Shown: positions 1-8,073, counted from the first letter of the stretch. The stretch is DNA of 32,595 nucleotides from an uncultured Gammaproteobacteria bacterium (GCA_964386875.1 CAYLUK010000005.1:1-32595); one strand, 5' to 3'. Notes: generated by a model from the letters alone, not told the origin. Numbers and translations: made by a program.

Positions 1-244
1 AATCTATAGACGCATAATTGTTTCTTTTCCTCCGGTTACTGAGATGTTTCACTTCGCCGGGTTGTCTTCCATATCCTATGTATTTAGATATGGATGTCTT
101 GCCTTCAACAAGACGGGTTTCCCCATTCGGATATCTCCGGATCAAAGGTTGCTTGCCACCTCTCCGAAGCTTTTCGCAGGCTACTACGTCCTTCATCGCC
201 TTTTGATGTCTAGGCATCCACCATTTGCTCTTAGATGTTTAATC
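1..244 (-). rRNA. rrl: 23S rRNA, 5' end (truncated by window edge)
   Basis: Reverse complement reads GATTAAACATCTAAGAGCAAATGGTGGATGCCT...GGCGATGAAGGACGT...CCGAATGGGGAAACCC...GAAGTGAAACATCTCAGTAACCGGAGGAAAAGAAA, matching conserved 23S 5' motifs. The 5' end was placed by eye against the E. coli start GGTTAAG. Confidence 0.97.
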
Positions 245-333
245 ACAAGAATTATAATTGCGAATTAATTTCTCAATTAATAATTAATAATTCTCGACGA
301 ATTGTTTTTTTGTTATGGTTTTGTTTTTTTAAA

Positions 334-345
334 TTGTCAAAGTGC
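334..345 (-). promoter_or_regulatory. boxA-like antitermination motif in 23S leader
   Basis: GCACTTTGACAA on the minus strand ~90 nt before the 23S 5' end; resembles rrn boxA TGCTCTTTAACA. Confidence 0.55.
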
Positions 346-565
346 TGAATTTTGACGCCTGAAACGACTTGTACATTCTGTATAATCAATACTATTTGTT
401 ACTCTCGTTTGCCCAGCCCTTCGTGTGGGGCTGTGGTCAAAGTCTATTGGGATCACTTTGTAATCATTTTTGTCGATACGGCTCCGTATCTTATGTTACT
501 AAAGATTTAATTCCCAAAGTGTGATTGATAACCAGTGATAGTTATCGGTCATATCTTTGGGATTT

Positions 566-591
566 AAAAAAACCGCCTTTTCTCCAGCGGT
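566..591 (-). terminator. intrinsic terminator within rRNA leader (attenuator candidate)
   Basis: Minus strand ACCGCT-GGAGAAAA-GGCGGT followed by TTTTTT. Confidence 0.6.
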
Positions 592-621
592 ATTTACCAA
601 ACAGAACACAAAAATACCTCG

Positions 622-666
622 TTAACCCGGAGAGTAGTTATTAAATAATATTTTGATAGTATTCAT
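622..666 (-). CDS. putative 14-aa leader peptide MNTIKILFNNYSPG
   Basis: ATG at 666, TAA at 624-622, starting ~12 nt after the predicted TSS. Its last codons overlap the antiterminator arm. Translation is not demonstrated. Confidence 0.4.
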   Translation of the reverse strand: MNTIKILFNNYSPG

Positions 667-684
667 ATTATTTCAACCTTGATT

Positions 685-713
685 ATTTTATATGATTTTT
701 GATTTTTTGTCTA
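685..713 (-). promoter_or_regulatory. sigma70-type promoter, probable 23S rRNA promoter
   Basis: TAGACA (713-708), 17 nt, TAAAAT (690-685) on the minus strand, with AT-rich sequence upstream. Confidence 0.65.
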
Positions 714-733
714 GACTTAAATATATAATAATG

Positions 734-742
734 TGTGGATAA
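734..742. promoter_or_regulatory. perfect DnaA box
   Basis: TGTGGATAA (reverse complement TTATCCACA); single copy just upstream of the rRNA promoter. Confidence 0.4.
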
Positions 743-767
743 AGAGTTAGTCCTTAATATAATTATA

Positions 768-1088
768 TTACTTTTTTTTGTCTTTGTCAAGGTTTTTATC
801 TAATTCTTCCTTTTCTTTCTCATCAGCTAGTTGTTTTTTGGCAAAATCGACCAATTTTCCTAGTTTTATGGTAATTAAGACAATAATTATAGTGATAATG
901 ATGGCATAGCCAAATTGAGCGATAATACTGCCAGCTTTAGGGAAAATTATGGTAAAAAGGCCTTTAATCGCGTCATTCCAGGCTAAAGCTGCTACCAGAC
1001 CAAAGCCAGCCGTAGCAAGTCCAGCCATTTTTTCTAAAATTTCGATTTTTAATGATTTTTTTTCTGTTTCAGTGTTGTTTTCTGACAT
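768..1088 (-). CDS. small two-TM membrane protein (DUF5654-like)
   Basis: Motif AGFGLVAALAWNDAIK plus a second TM helix. ATG 1088 (MSENN) preferred over 1115. Confidence 0.75.
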   Translation of the reverse strand: MSENNTETEKKSLKIEILEKMAGLATAGFGLVAALAWNDAIKGLFTIIFPKAGSIIAQFGYAIIITIIIVLITIKLGKLVDFAKKQLADEKEKEELDKNLDKDKKK

Positions 1089-1162
1089 AAATCGCATTAT
1101 GATGTGATTAAGCACATCTAGATCAATTAAAGGAGAATAATAGGTATGACTAGTTTTTTTTC

Positions 1163-1678
1163 TTAATCATAGATAAAAGTCAGTGTGCAAAGAGTACAAT
1201 TTTCAGATGGTGGTGGGGTGGCTGCTGTAGCGTTTTGAAATTGACATGATTGATTAGCTCCTTTCATAGTCCACTTTATCAGATATCGATGATTGTTGGG
1301 CTGTAATTGATATACATATCCTTCTCGACCACATGAAAGTTCACTGATCGGCAATGATGGCAGATATTGAGACAGGGCGGTGTTTATAGTGCTATTCTCG
1401 GGGGTGTTGTTATCATTCCAGCAGTTGTCATCGGCATAATCGCCCAAGCAAATCCAATCATTATTTCCCGGATACTCACCATAATCTTCGTAATACAGTG
1501 TTAGAGCATTTGTATAGGCCTTAACATCGGTTATTTTTTTGGTGTTAGAAGCTTTGTCTCTGGCCGAGCTGAATGCCACTAATGACAGACTCATTAACAG
1601 CGAGATAATGGCGATTACTACCAGTAGTTCAACTAAAGTAAAACCGTCCTGATGATTTTTTTTTGTGGGTGTTTTCAT
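1163..1678 (-). CDS. type IV pilin / type II secretion pseudopilin (GspG-like)
   Basis: Prepilin cleavage/methylation motif G-FTLVELLVVIAII, then ARDKA...ALTLYYEDYGEYP and a Cys-rich globular domain. Confidence 0.9.
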   Translation of the reverse strand: MKTPTKKNHQDGFTLVELLVVIAIISLLMSLSLVAFSSARDKASNTKKITDVKAYTNALTLYYEDYGEYPGNNDWICLGDYADDNCWNDNNTPENSTINTALSQYLPSLPISELSCGREGYVYQLQPNNHRYLIKWTMKGANQSCQFQNATAATPPPSENCTLCTLTFIYD

Positions 1679-1689
1679 ATGATATTTAT

Positions 1690-1914
1690 TTATTTGTTTG
1701 TTATACCGTCATCTATCTCGGATTGAGTCAGCGGATAGTCAATGTTTTTTTCATTGATTGTATTGGCGACAATTACAACTGAAATAGCAATTACTACGAT
1801 TGAGATGACAATTAATAAAATACTGGCCTGCTTGGGACTTTTTATCAGTCCGCCGGAATACTTGATTATCAGATCAATAATCCTTGGGTTTTTGACATAG
1901 AGGTTTTGGTTCAT
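1690..1914 (-). CDS. small single-TM hypothetical protein
   Basis: 74-aa ORF with one hydrophobic helix, 11 nt upstream of the pilin gene on the same strand. Confidence 0.6.
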   Translation of the reverse strand: MNQNLYVKNPRIIDLIIKYSGGLIKSPKQASILLIVISIVVIAISVVIVANTINEKNIDYPLTQSEIDDGITNK

Positions 1915-1943
1915 ATGGTTGTTATTAATTATTTCTTTTATAT

Positions 1944-1967
1944 ATTATAGCACAAATTATAGCACAA
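1944..1967 (-). promoter_or_regulatory. tandemly duplicated extended -10 element (pilin operon promoter)
   Basis: Minus strand TTGTGCTATAAT-TTGTGCTATAAT, an exact 12-bp tandem. Confidence 0.55.
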
Positions 1968-2024
1968 AAAAAGAGAATGTTTATCTCTTTTTATTTTATG
2001 TCTAGAGGAATTTGTTTTGGTTTA

Positions 2025-2106
2025 TGCCCAGAGAGAGACTTGAACTCTCACACCCGAAGGTACCAGCTCCTAAGGCTGGCGTGTCTACCAATTTCACCAT
2101 CTGGGC
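2025..2106 (-). tRNA. tRNA-Leu (anticodon TAG), CCA not encoded
   Basis: GCCCAGA...TGGTAGACAC-G-CCAGC-CTTAGGA-GCTGG, long variable arm, GAGAG-TTCAAGT-CTCTC-TCTGGGC-A. Confidence 0.95.
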
Positions 2107-2153
2107 TAAAATTATTCACTTACTATCTTAAAAGATAGCTAAAATATGTCTTT

Positions 2154-2182
2154 TTGTCAATTAAATAATTGTTTGCTATAAT
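2154..2182 (+). promoter_or_regulatory. sigma70 promoter sharing its -35 region with a divergent tRNA-Leu promoter
   Basis: Plus strand TTGTCA-17-TATAAT with TG extension. Minus strand TTGACA (2160-2155)-17-TATCTT (2137-2132). Confidence 0.55.
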
Positions 2183-2210
2183 TATAAGTAATATAAATTA
2201 TTATAAATCT

Positions 2211-2528
2211 ATGTCGATATCAATGGAAAGAGAGCCGAAAGTTCAAAAATGGAGTGAGGTAGAAGCGATGGCCAGACGCGGCGCTCAAGAAGCCGAGGAC
2301 AACCTTGACCCTGATCGTCAAGGGTTTGGTCAAGCCGATACTTTGCGTGAGCTAATCCAGATGATTCAAAAGGCCAAGGTCATCCAGGGGTCAAACCGTG
2401 AGTATCTAGGGACTGAGATTGTCGCTATGATTGAAGATGATAGAATAGATGAAATACCAAGAAACGATAATTTAAGAAAGACGGTCATTAGATTTAAACG
2501 TCTGACTGAAGGTCAGCTATTTGATTAA
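2211..2528 (+). CDS. hypothetical protein
   Basis: Charged soluble ORF. The TTG at 2169 lies inside the promoter, so ATG 2211 (or 2223) is preferred. Confidence 0.65.
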   Translation: MSISMEREPKVQKWSEVEAMARRGAQEAEDNLDPDRQGFGQADTLRELIQMIQKAKVIQGSNREYLGTEIVAMIEDDRIDEIPRNDNLRKTVIRFKRLTEGQLFD

Positions 2529-2541
2529 AAACTAGAATTGT

Positions 2542-4983
2542 ATGTTCATAATATCACTTCGGTCTTATCTAGTCTCTGCCATAATTTTGACAGGGATTTT
2601 TTGTTTGGTTGATTCTTCTTTGGCTGTCAGCTCCCAAGATGTTGTAATTAGTGAGCTGGCTTGGATGGGCACAGTGGTTTCTGCCAATCATGAATGGATT
2701 GAGCTTCATAATAACACCGGTAGCGTGATTGATCTATCTGGCTGGATATTATCAGCCCAAGACGGGTCGCCGGCCATATCCTTGTCCGGCGTAATTGCCA
2801 GTCAAGGATATTTTTTGTTGGAGCGGACGAGCGATGACAGTGTGCCTAATATAACGGCTGACCAGATTTATAGCGGCGCCTTGTCAAATAGCGGTGAGGT
2901 GGTGGAATTAAAAGACGACTTGGGTAATTTAATTGATGTTGTTGATGCTTCCGGTGGCTGGCCGTTCGGTGATAATACAGACAAGCGGACCATGGAACGA
3001 ATTAGTGGTGGCTGGCAGTATAGCGCTAGCGCTGGCGGTACGCCTAGAGCAGAAAATAGCGTTTACTCCACGGCTAATAATCTACCGACAGCTGAAGCTG
3101 GAGCTGATCAGGAAGTGGAGCTCGGCGAGACAGCATATTTTGACGGCAATGCTTCCATAGACAGTGACGGGTCTATTATTAGTTTCGGATGGGATTTCGG
3201 CGATGGTAGCAGCAGTGTCATAGACGAAAGTCCGACTCACACCTATCTAAGTAAAGGAGTTTTTATAGTCACTTTGACTGTGACCGATGACGACGGCGGT
3301 ACCGACAGTGACACCTTGGAACTGAGAGTGGTCAGCCCCAGTCTTGAACCACCGTTTGAGTATCAACCCAGTGATATTGTAGTCAACGAATTTGTGGCTG
3401 ATCCAGTCTCCGGCGAAAGTGAATGGATTGAGCTGTTCAATAACACTAGTGGCGACATTGATCTAGTTGATTGGGTAATTAAAGACGGTACCTTTACTCA
3501 AACTCCGTTATCAGGTGTGATATCTGCCTATGGATTTATCGTGATTGAAAAATTGCGGAGCCAGCTCAACAACAGTGGCGACATCATCACCCTTGAGGAT
3601 CCGGCTGACAATGTGATTGATGAAGTATCTTATGGCAACTGGGCTGACGGCAATGTGTCGGACAATGCTCCACAAACTAATGACCCCAATTCAATTGCTC
3701 GGAAAGTCAATGGTCGTGATACTAATAATAATAAGAATGATTTTTCTGTCACTATGTCAGTCACCAAAGGCGCCAGCAATATAATTAGCCAGTCGGCTGA
3801 TGAAGTTGACCAAGATTTACCCTTAGGAGATTATTCAGATCAGATTATTATCAATGAAATAATGCCTAATCCCGAGGGCAATGATATTGACGGTGAGTTT
3901 ATTGAGCTCTTAAATATTGGCGTTGGTTTGGTTGATTTGAGTGGCTGGATTTTGGGCGACAACAGCACCAAACGTTATGTTATTGAAACTGCGACTATAA
4001 ATCCAGGCGGATTTTTTGTGGTTTCAAGAAGTATTTCCAAAATTGCGCTCAATAATTCTGGTGTTGAATCGGTCAATTTGTATTGGCTGGACTCAACTTT
4101 AATTGACAACCGAGAATATGCTTCAGCATCAGAAGGCGAGTCATATTCTCGCGATGAGTCAGGTGATTGGTCTTGGACTAGCGAAGTAACTCCGGGAGAT
4201 GCAAATATTATTGAACACAAAAATCAGTCGCCAATTGCCCTGATAACTGTCGAGCCGGACAGCGTCAGTATTGGTGATGAGATAGATTTTGATGGTAGTG
4301 AATCTTATGATCCAGACGGCGATAAGCTTGAATTTATTTGGGATTTTGGCGATGGCACCACTAGCACTGAGCCACTTGTCACCCATTGGTATGAAAAGGC
4401 AGGAACTTATCAAATATATTTGACGGTTTTGGATCGGGTCGGAGCTAGTGACACCGCCGAACAGATTATTTATGTCGGCTTGGAGGATTTTGACTCCGAT
4501 AGCGAGTTTCAACAAATTTTAATTACAGAAATTTTGCCTAATCCGGCCGGTCTGGATGCCGAGGGCGAGTTTGTGGAAGTATTTAATCCTAATGGCTGGG
4601 ACATTGACTTGATTGGTTGGCACTTAGATGATATAGACGGAGGCAGTCGGCCATATCAGATTGAACACACCATGATTAAAGCAGGGCAATATCAAGTGTT
4701 TGCTCGATCAGAAACCAATTTAGCTCTTAATAATGATACTGATTCAGTCCGGCTGTTTGACGCCACCGGTCAGAATATTGATCAGGTAGATTATCTCGGT
4801 GTCAAAGAAGGATTCTCTTATGCGCTTGACCAGTGGGGCGGTTGGAGCTGGACTTCAGCCTTGACACCAGGTGATGATAATGTATTTGTCGGAGCCGGCA
4901 GTGAGTCTTCAGCCACGGGAGCTACTAGTGGAATATTCACCATTGATCTGTCAGATATTCGCGACTTGGAAAAAGAGGTATAG
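2542..4983 (+). CDS. secreted lamin-tail-domain (x4) and PKD (x2) surface protein, N-terminal part of a probably split gene
   Basis: Signal peptide; four V-I-(S/N/T)-E...E(W/F)(I/V)E(L/V)xN...DLxGW repeats (LTD); two WDFGDG...HxY...G motifs (PKD). Confidence 0.85.
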   Translation: MFIISLRSYLVSAIILTGIFCLVDSSLAVSSQDVVISELAWMGTVVSANHEWIELHNNTGSVIDLSGWILSAQDGSPAISLSGVIASQGYFLLERTSDDSVPNITADQIYSGALSNSGEVVELKDDLGNLIDVVDASGGWPFGDNTDKRTMERISGGWQYSASAGGTPRAENSVYSTANNLPTAEAGADQEVELGETAYFDGNASIDSDGSIISFGWDFGDGSSSVIDESPTHTYLSKGVFIVTLTVTDDDGGTDSDTLELRVVSPSLEPPFEYQPSDIVVNEFVADPVSGESEWIELFNNTSGDIDLVDWVIKDGTFTQTPLSGVISAYGFIVIEKLRSQLNNSGDIITLEDPADNVIDEVSYGNWADGNVSDNAPQTNDPNSIARKVNGRDTNNNKNDFSVTMSVTKGASNIISQSADEVDQDLPLGDYSDQIIINEIMPNPEGNDIDGEFIELLNIGVGLVDLSGWILGDNSTKRYVIETATINPGGFFVVSRSISKIALNNSGVESVNLYWLDSTLIDNREYASASEGESYSRDESGDWSWTSEVTPGDANIIEHKNQSPIALITVEPDSVSIGDEIDFDGSESYDPDGDKLEFIWDFGDGTTSTEPLVTHWYEKAGTYQIYLTVLDRVGASDTAEQIIYVGLEDFDSDSEFQQILITEILPNPAGLDAEGEFVEVFNPNGWDIDLIGWHLDDIDGGSRPYQIEHTMIKAGQYQVFARSETNLALNNDTDSVRLFDATGQNIDQVDYLGVKEGFSYALDQWGGWSWTSALTPGDDNVFVGAGSESSATGATSGIFTIDLSDIRDLEKEV

Positions 4984-5666
4984 TGTCGGTTGAGCCGGGG
5001 GTTTTGGGTACACAGATTTTTTATATTTTTTACTCCGCTGAAGGCCTTGGGACCGGTATTCAAATTTATTGCTACAGCAAAGATTTTCCTGATTTGAAAA
5101 CTGGTGATTATATTGAAGTGACCGGCGAGATATCAGAAGCCGGTGGAGAAAAGCGGATCAAGATTAAGGGCAGAGACAATATTAACATCTTGAGTCACGA
5201 TCAAGAGCTTGAGCCGTATCAGATTGATGCCACCTATATTGGCGAAGAAACAGAAGGTAGTTTAGTCATTATCACTGGTGAAGTGGTGGAAATTCGTGGC
5301 AGTTATATTTATATTGATGATGACACTGAAGAAGCCAAGATTTATATCAAAAAATTTACCGGTATCAATATTAATAACCTTGACATTAAAGAGGGAGATA
5401 GTATTACTGTCATTGGCATTGTCTCGCAGACTACTGGTGGCTATCGAGTTTTGCCTCGTTACGCGAGCGACTTAGTGCTTGAGTCAGGAGTGGTCAAAGG
5501 CGCTCAAGCCCAGTCTCAAAATTTCTCATCTCTTATCGTCGGAATGCTTGAGGGAATAAATAAATATCTACTAGTCATAATAATCTTCCTCGCCCTGGTT
5601 TCTAGTGGACTACTTTGGCAGAATTACCGACTAAAAAAATCCGGCTGGCAGATTATTGAGAAGTAA
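4983..5666 (+). CDS. tandem OB-fold domains plus C-terminal TM anchor (C-terminal part of the split gene)
   Basis: GIQIY...LKTGDYIEVTG and IKEGDSITVIGIV...YRVLPR OB-fold motifs, hydrophobic C-terminal helix and basic tail. GTG overlaps the upstream TAG. Confidence 0.75.
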   Translation: MSVEPGVLGTQIFYIFYSAEGLGTGIQIYCYSKDFPDLKTGDYIEVTGEISEAGGEKRIKIKGRDNINILSHDQELEPYQIDATYIGEETEGSLVIITGEVVEIRGSYIYIDDDTEEAKIYIKKFTGININNLDIKEGDSITVIGIVSQTTGGYRVLPRYASDLVLESGVVKGAQAQSQNFSSLIVGMLEGINKYLLVIIIFLALVSSGLLWQNYRLKKSGWQIIEK

Positions 5667-5733
5667 AAAATTAAGAAAATAAAAAAATATATTTTAAAAA
5701 GATATGTTATATGTTTTATAAAGTTCATAGTTA

Positions 5734-5767
5734 TAAAAACCTCACTTGTCAGTGAGGTGATTTTTTA
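5734..5767. terminator. likely bidirectional terminator between convergent genes
   Basis: AAAAA-CCTCACT-TGTC-AGTGAGG-TGATTTTTTT. Confidence 0.6.
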
Positions 5768-5792
5768 TGCACCATAAGAGCCGTTTGCCACA

Positions 5793-6749
5793 TCATCCCC
5801 GCCAAGTCAAAAATACAATATACAATAGATAGGCGGAAAATAGCGCTATCCCTTCCCAGCGGTCAATGTATTTTTTCTTTTTGCCGACAAGCGCAAAATA
5901 AAACAACAGAGCAATTGCGCTCAAAGCAATCAAGATATCAGTATTGAGCAGACTGTTAAATATCATTGGTTTGATCAAAGCGCTAATACCCAAGATGAAT
6001 GAGATATTGAAAATAGTTGAGCCGATAATGTTGCCAATGGCGATGTCGGCGCTTTTTTTAAACGCCGCAATTGCTGAAGCAGTGAGTTCTGGCAAGGTGG
6101 TGCCGATTGAAATAATTGTTAGGCCGATCATGGCTTCGCTTAAGCCAAAGCTTCTGGCAATTTCTACGGCATATTTGACCACCATATTGCCACCCAAGAT
6201 CAGGCCACCGATTCCTAGTAGGATATAGACGGCTGACAGATAAGTTGTCTTTTTTTCAAAGCTGATATTTTCTTCGCCTTTGAGCCGGTTAATGCCGAAA
6301 GTGTAATAAATAAAAATTGCAAAAAATAACAGCAAAATTACACCGTCAAAGCGAGAGAGTATGGATTCACCGGCCGGCCTAAGCATTGCGTCATTAACTA
6401 AGAAAAAAAATAGGGCAATAACGACTATGCCCAGCGGGATTGATTTCCAAGATGTGCTTTTATTGACCTTAATCGGATAGATCATCGCCGCTATCCCACC
6501 AATCAATAGAATATTGGCAATGCAAGCGCCGATGATATTGCCCATGGCTAAATCAGCCGAGCCATTAAAGTTGGAGATAAGGTTGATTATTAATTCCGGC
6601 GCCGAAGTGCCAAAAGCCACGACTGTCAGGCCAATAAACAGGTCAGACACGTGTAGTCTTTTAGCGATTGACGATGCCCCGTCAATTAACAGGTCTGCTC
6701 CTTTGACCAGAAAGACAAAGCCGAGAATAAGGAGGAGGTAAGTGAGCAT
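5793..6749 (-). CDS. calcium/sodium antiporter (CaCA, YrbG-like)
   Basis: Two alpha repeats GLTVVAFGTSAPEL and GLTIISIGTTLPEL, GNIIG motifs, ~10 TM helices. Confidence 0.93.
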   Translation of the reverse strand: MLTYLLLILGFVFLVKGADLLIDGASSIAKRLHVSDLFIGLTVVAFGTSAPELIINLISNFNGSADLAMGNIIGACIANILLIGGIAAMIYPIKVNKSTSWKSIPLGIVVIALFFFLVNDAMLRPAGESILSRFDGVILLLFFAIFIYYTFGINRLKGEENISFEKKTTYLSAVYILLGIGGLILGGNMVVKYAVEIARSFGLSEAMIGLTIISIGTTLPELTASAIAAFKKSADIAIGNIIGSTIFNISFILGISALIKPMIFNSLLNTDILIALSAIALLFYFALVGKKKKYIDRWEGIALFSAYLLYIVFLTWRG

Positions 6750-6756
6750 GGGTGTT

Positions 6757-6775
6757 TAGTTGAAAGTTAAAAGTT
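6757..6775 (+). repeat. 19-bp inverted repeat, left arm (heptamer-based)
   Basis: TAGTTGAAAGTTAAAAGTT, exact reverse complement of 8074-8092. Confidence 0.85.
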
Positions 6776-6799
6776 TGAAAGTAGAAAGTATTTTTTTAA

Positions 6800-6840
6800 T
6801 GTCATTGCGAGGAGCGACCAGCGGGAGCGACGTGGCAATT
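6800..6840 (+). repeat. REP-like GTCATTGCGAG...GCAAT dispersed repeat, copy 1
   Basis: 37/41 identical to 26546-26586; TTGC/GCAA ends can pair. Confidence 0.75.
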
Positions 6841-6873
6841 CCATTTGCCTGGTTTGTCCAACGGCTTTTTTTT

Positions 6874-7305
6874 CTAAATTTTAAATTCACTACTTGTTTC
6901 TGTATTTTCTTTTTTCCAATTTTTGAGTTCATAATATCTTTCAATATCTATCGCTCGATGCACAAATCTGTTGGTTGGTTTAATTTCGTCTATGTTTTCA
7001 ACTACATACTATTGTTCGTCAATTTGTCTTAGCTGGTTTTTTGCCACCTCAACTTCATAAATATAAATTTCGGCATCAGGGTCAAATAGTTCAGAATTCT
7101 CAAATTCAATCTTGCCATTTTGTTCATTAATTGTGGTCAGCCCTTCTGGTCTGGCGGCACAAGCCAAAGCAAAGCCATAGTTAGGAGTTAAATAGATTGC
7201 ATTTAGCAGTTCATCTTCCGGCACTGTCACTCCCTCCCCGGCTTCTGCTTGGCTTTTTCTGATTATATCCAATCTCCCATTTTTTGATCCATGATATAGT
7301 TTCAT
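6874..7305 (-). pseudogene. ADP-ribosyltransferase-fold-like protein interrupted by an in-frame TAG
   Basis: KLYHGS...IYLTP...IYIYEV motifs. The frame stays open for 44 codons (YVVENIDEIKP...SEFKI) after the TAG at 7011-7009. Confidence 0.6.
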
Positions 7306-7327
7306 ACTTTTCTGATTTTTAAATCAT

Positions 7328-7999
7328 TTAATCTATAAATCTAAATGTAGAAATTGACTCCTGGGTTTCTATGAACTTATTGCTATCATAAAAAATGTAA
7401 TACAGCTCACCATTATGTGGAACAAGAATAACATCCATTGAGTCAGTTCCTGAGTTTGTGAATTGATATGCATTTTGGTTCGCAACTTTAATTATTCCTT
7501 CTGAAGAGTAATCAGCCCTTACTTCTCTAAATCTTTCTATTTCTTGTTCTACAGATCTGCCAGAGATGGCCACAGCACCAATATGAATGTTGATATAAGT
7601 TTCATCAGTATCACCTTGTATTATACCTGGCAACTCTGGGTTCGGACCGATTAGAATCGATTGGTTTAAATCACCTTGAAGTTCAAGTATTTTCCAAGAT
7701 TCGGGATATTGTATTGAATATTTTAAATTATTATTTGTATAAGTCGTTAAATTATCATTATCATTGTCTGGCAGATCCTGATCAAGCTGCGCTTGTTGAA
7801 GCTCATTAATCTGATTTTGTAGCGTTGTGATCTGTCGTTGCAAAGTTTGCTCCATTGATTGTGAATTCAGTCGTTGCCAAGCGTAAACTGCGCCTCCAAT
7901 AATTAGAGCTGTGATAATGACAGCGATGATGACCACTAACCAGATGTTTTTTGAGCTCTGAATTGGCTCATTAAATTGTTGATTGTTTTGCTCTTCCAT
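7328..7999 (-). CDS. membrane-anchored coiled-coil plus PsbP-like domain protein
   Basis: N-terminal TM, Gln-rich coil, TYTNNNLKYSIQYPESW motif and C-terminal ISTFRF. Confidence 0.75.
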   Translation of the reverse strand: MEEQNNQQFNEPIQSSKNIWLVVIIAVIITALIIGGAVYAWQRLNSQSMEQTLQRQITTLQNQINELQQAQLDQDLPDNDNDNLTTYTNNNLKYSIQYPESWKILELQGDLNQSILIGPNPELPGIIQGDTDETYINIHIGAVAISGRSVEQEIERFREVRADYSSEGIIKVANQNAYQFTNSGTDSMDVILVPHNGELYYIFYDSNKFIETQESISTFRFID

Positions 8000-8073
8000 G
8001 TGTTTGTTTGGTTATTTAGATAAAAATAAAATTAACTTTGCAATTATTTCTCCATCAAAACTTTATATTTTTT

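Noticed and set aside
18-268. 62-aa and 74-aa plus-strand ORFs
   Set aside because: They are antisense to the 23S rRNA, a common spurious call.
7009-7011. Genome-wide stop-codon reassignment
   Set aside because: TAG, TGA and TAA all end conserved genes at expected positions (gyrA TAG, hppA and yraN TGA, tig TAA).
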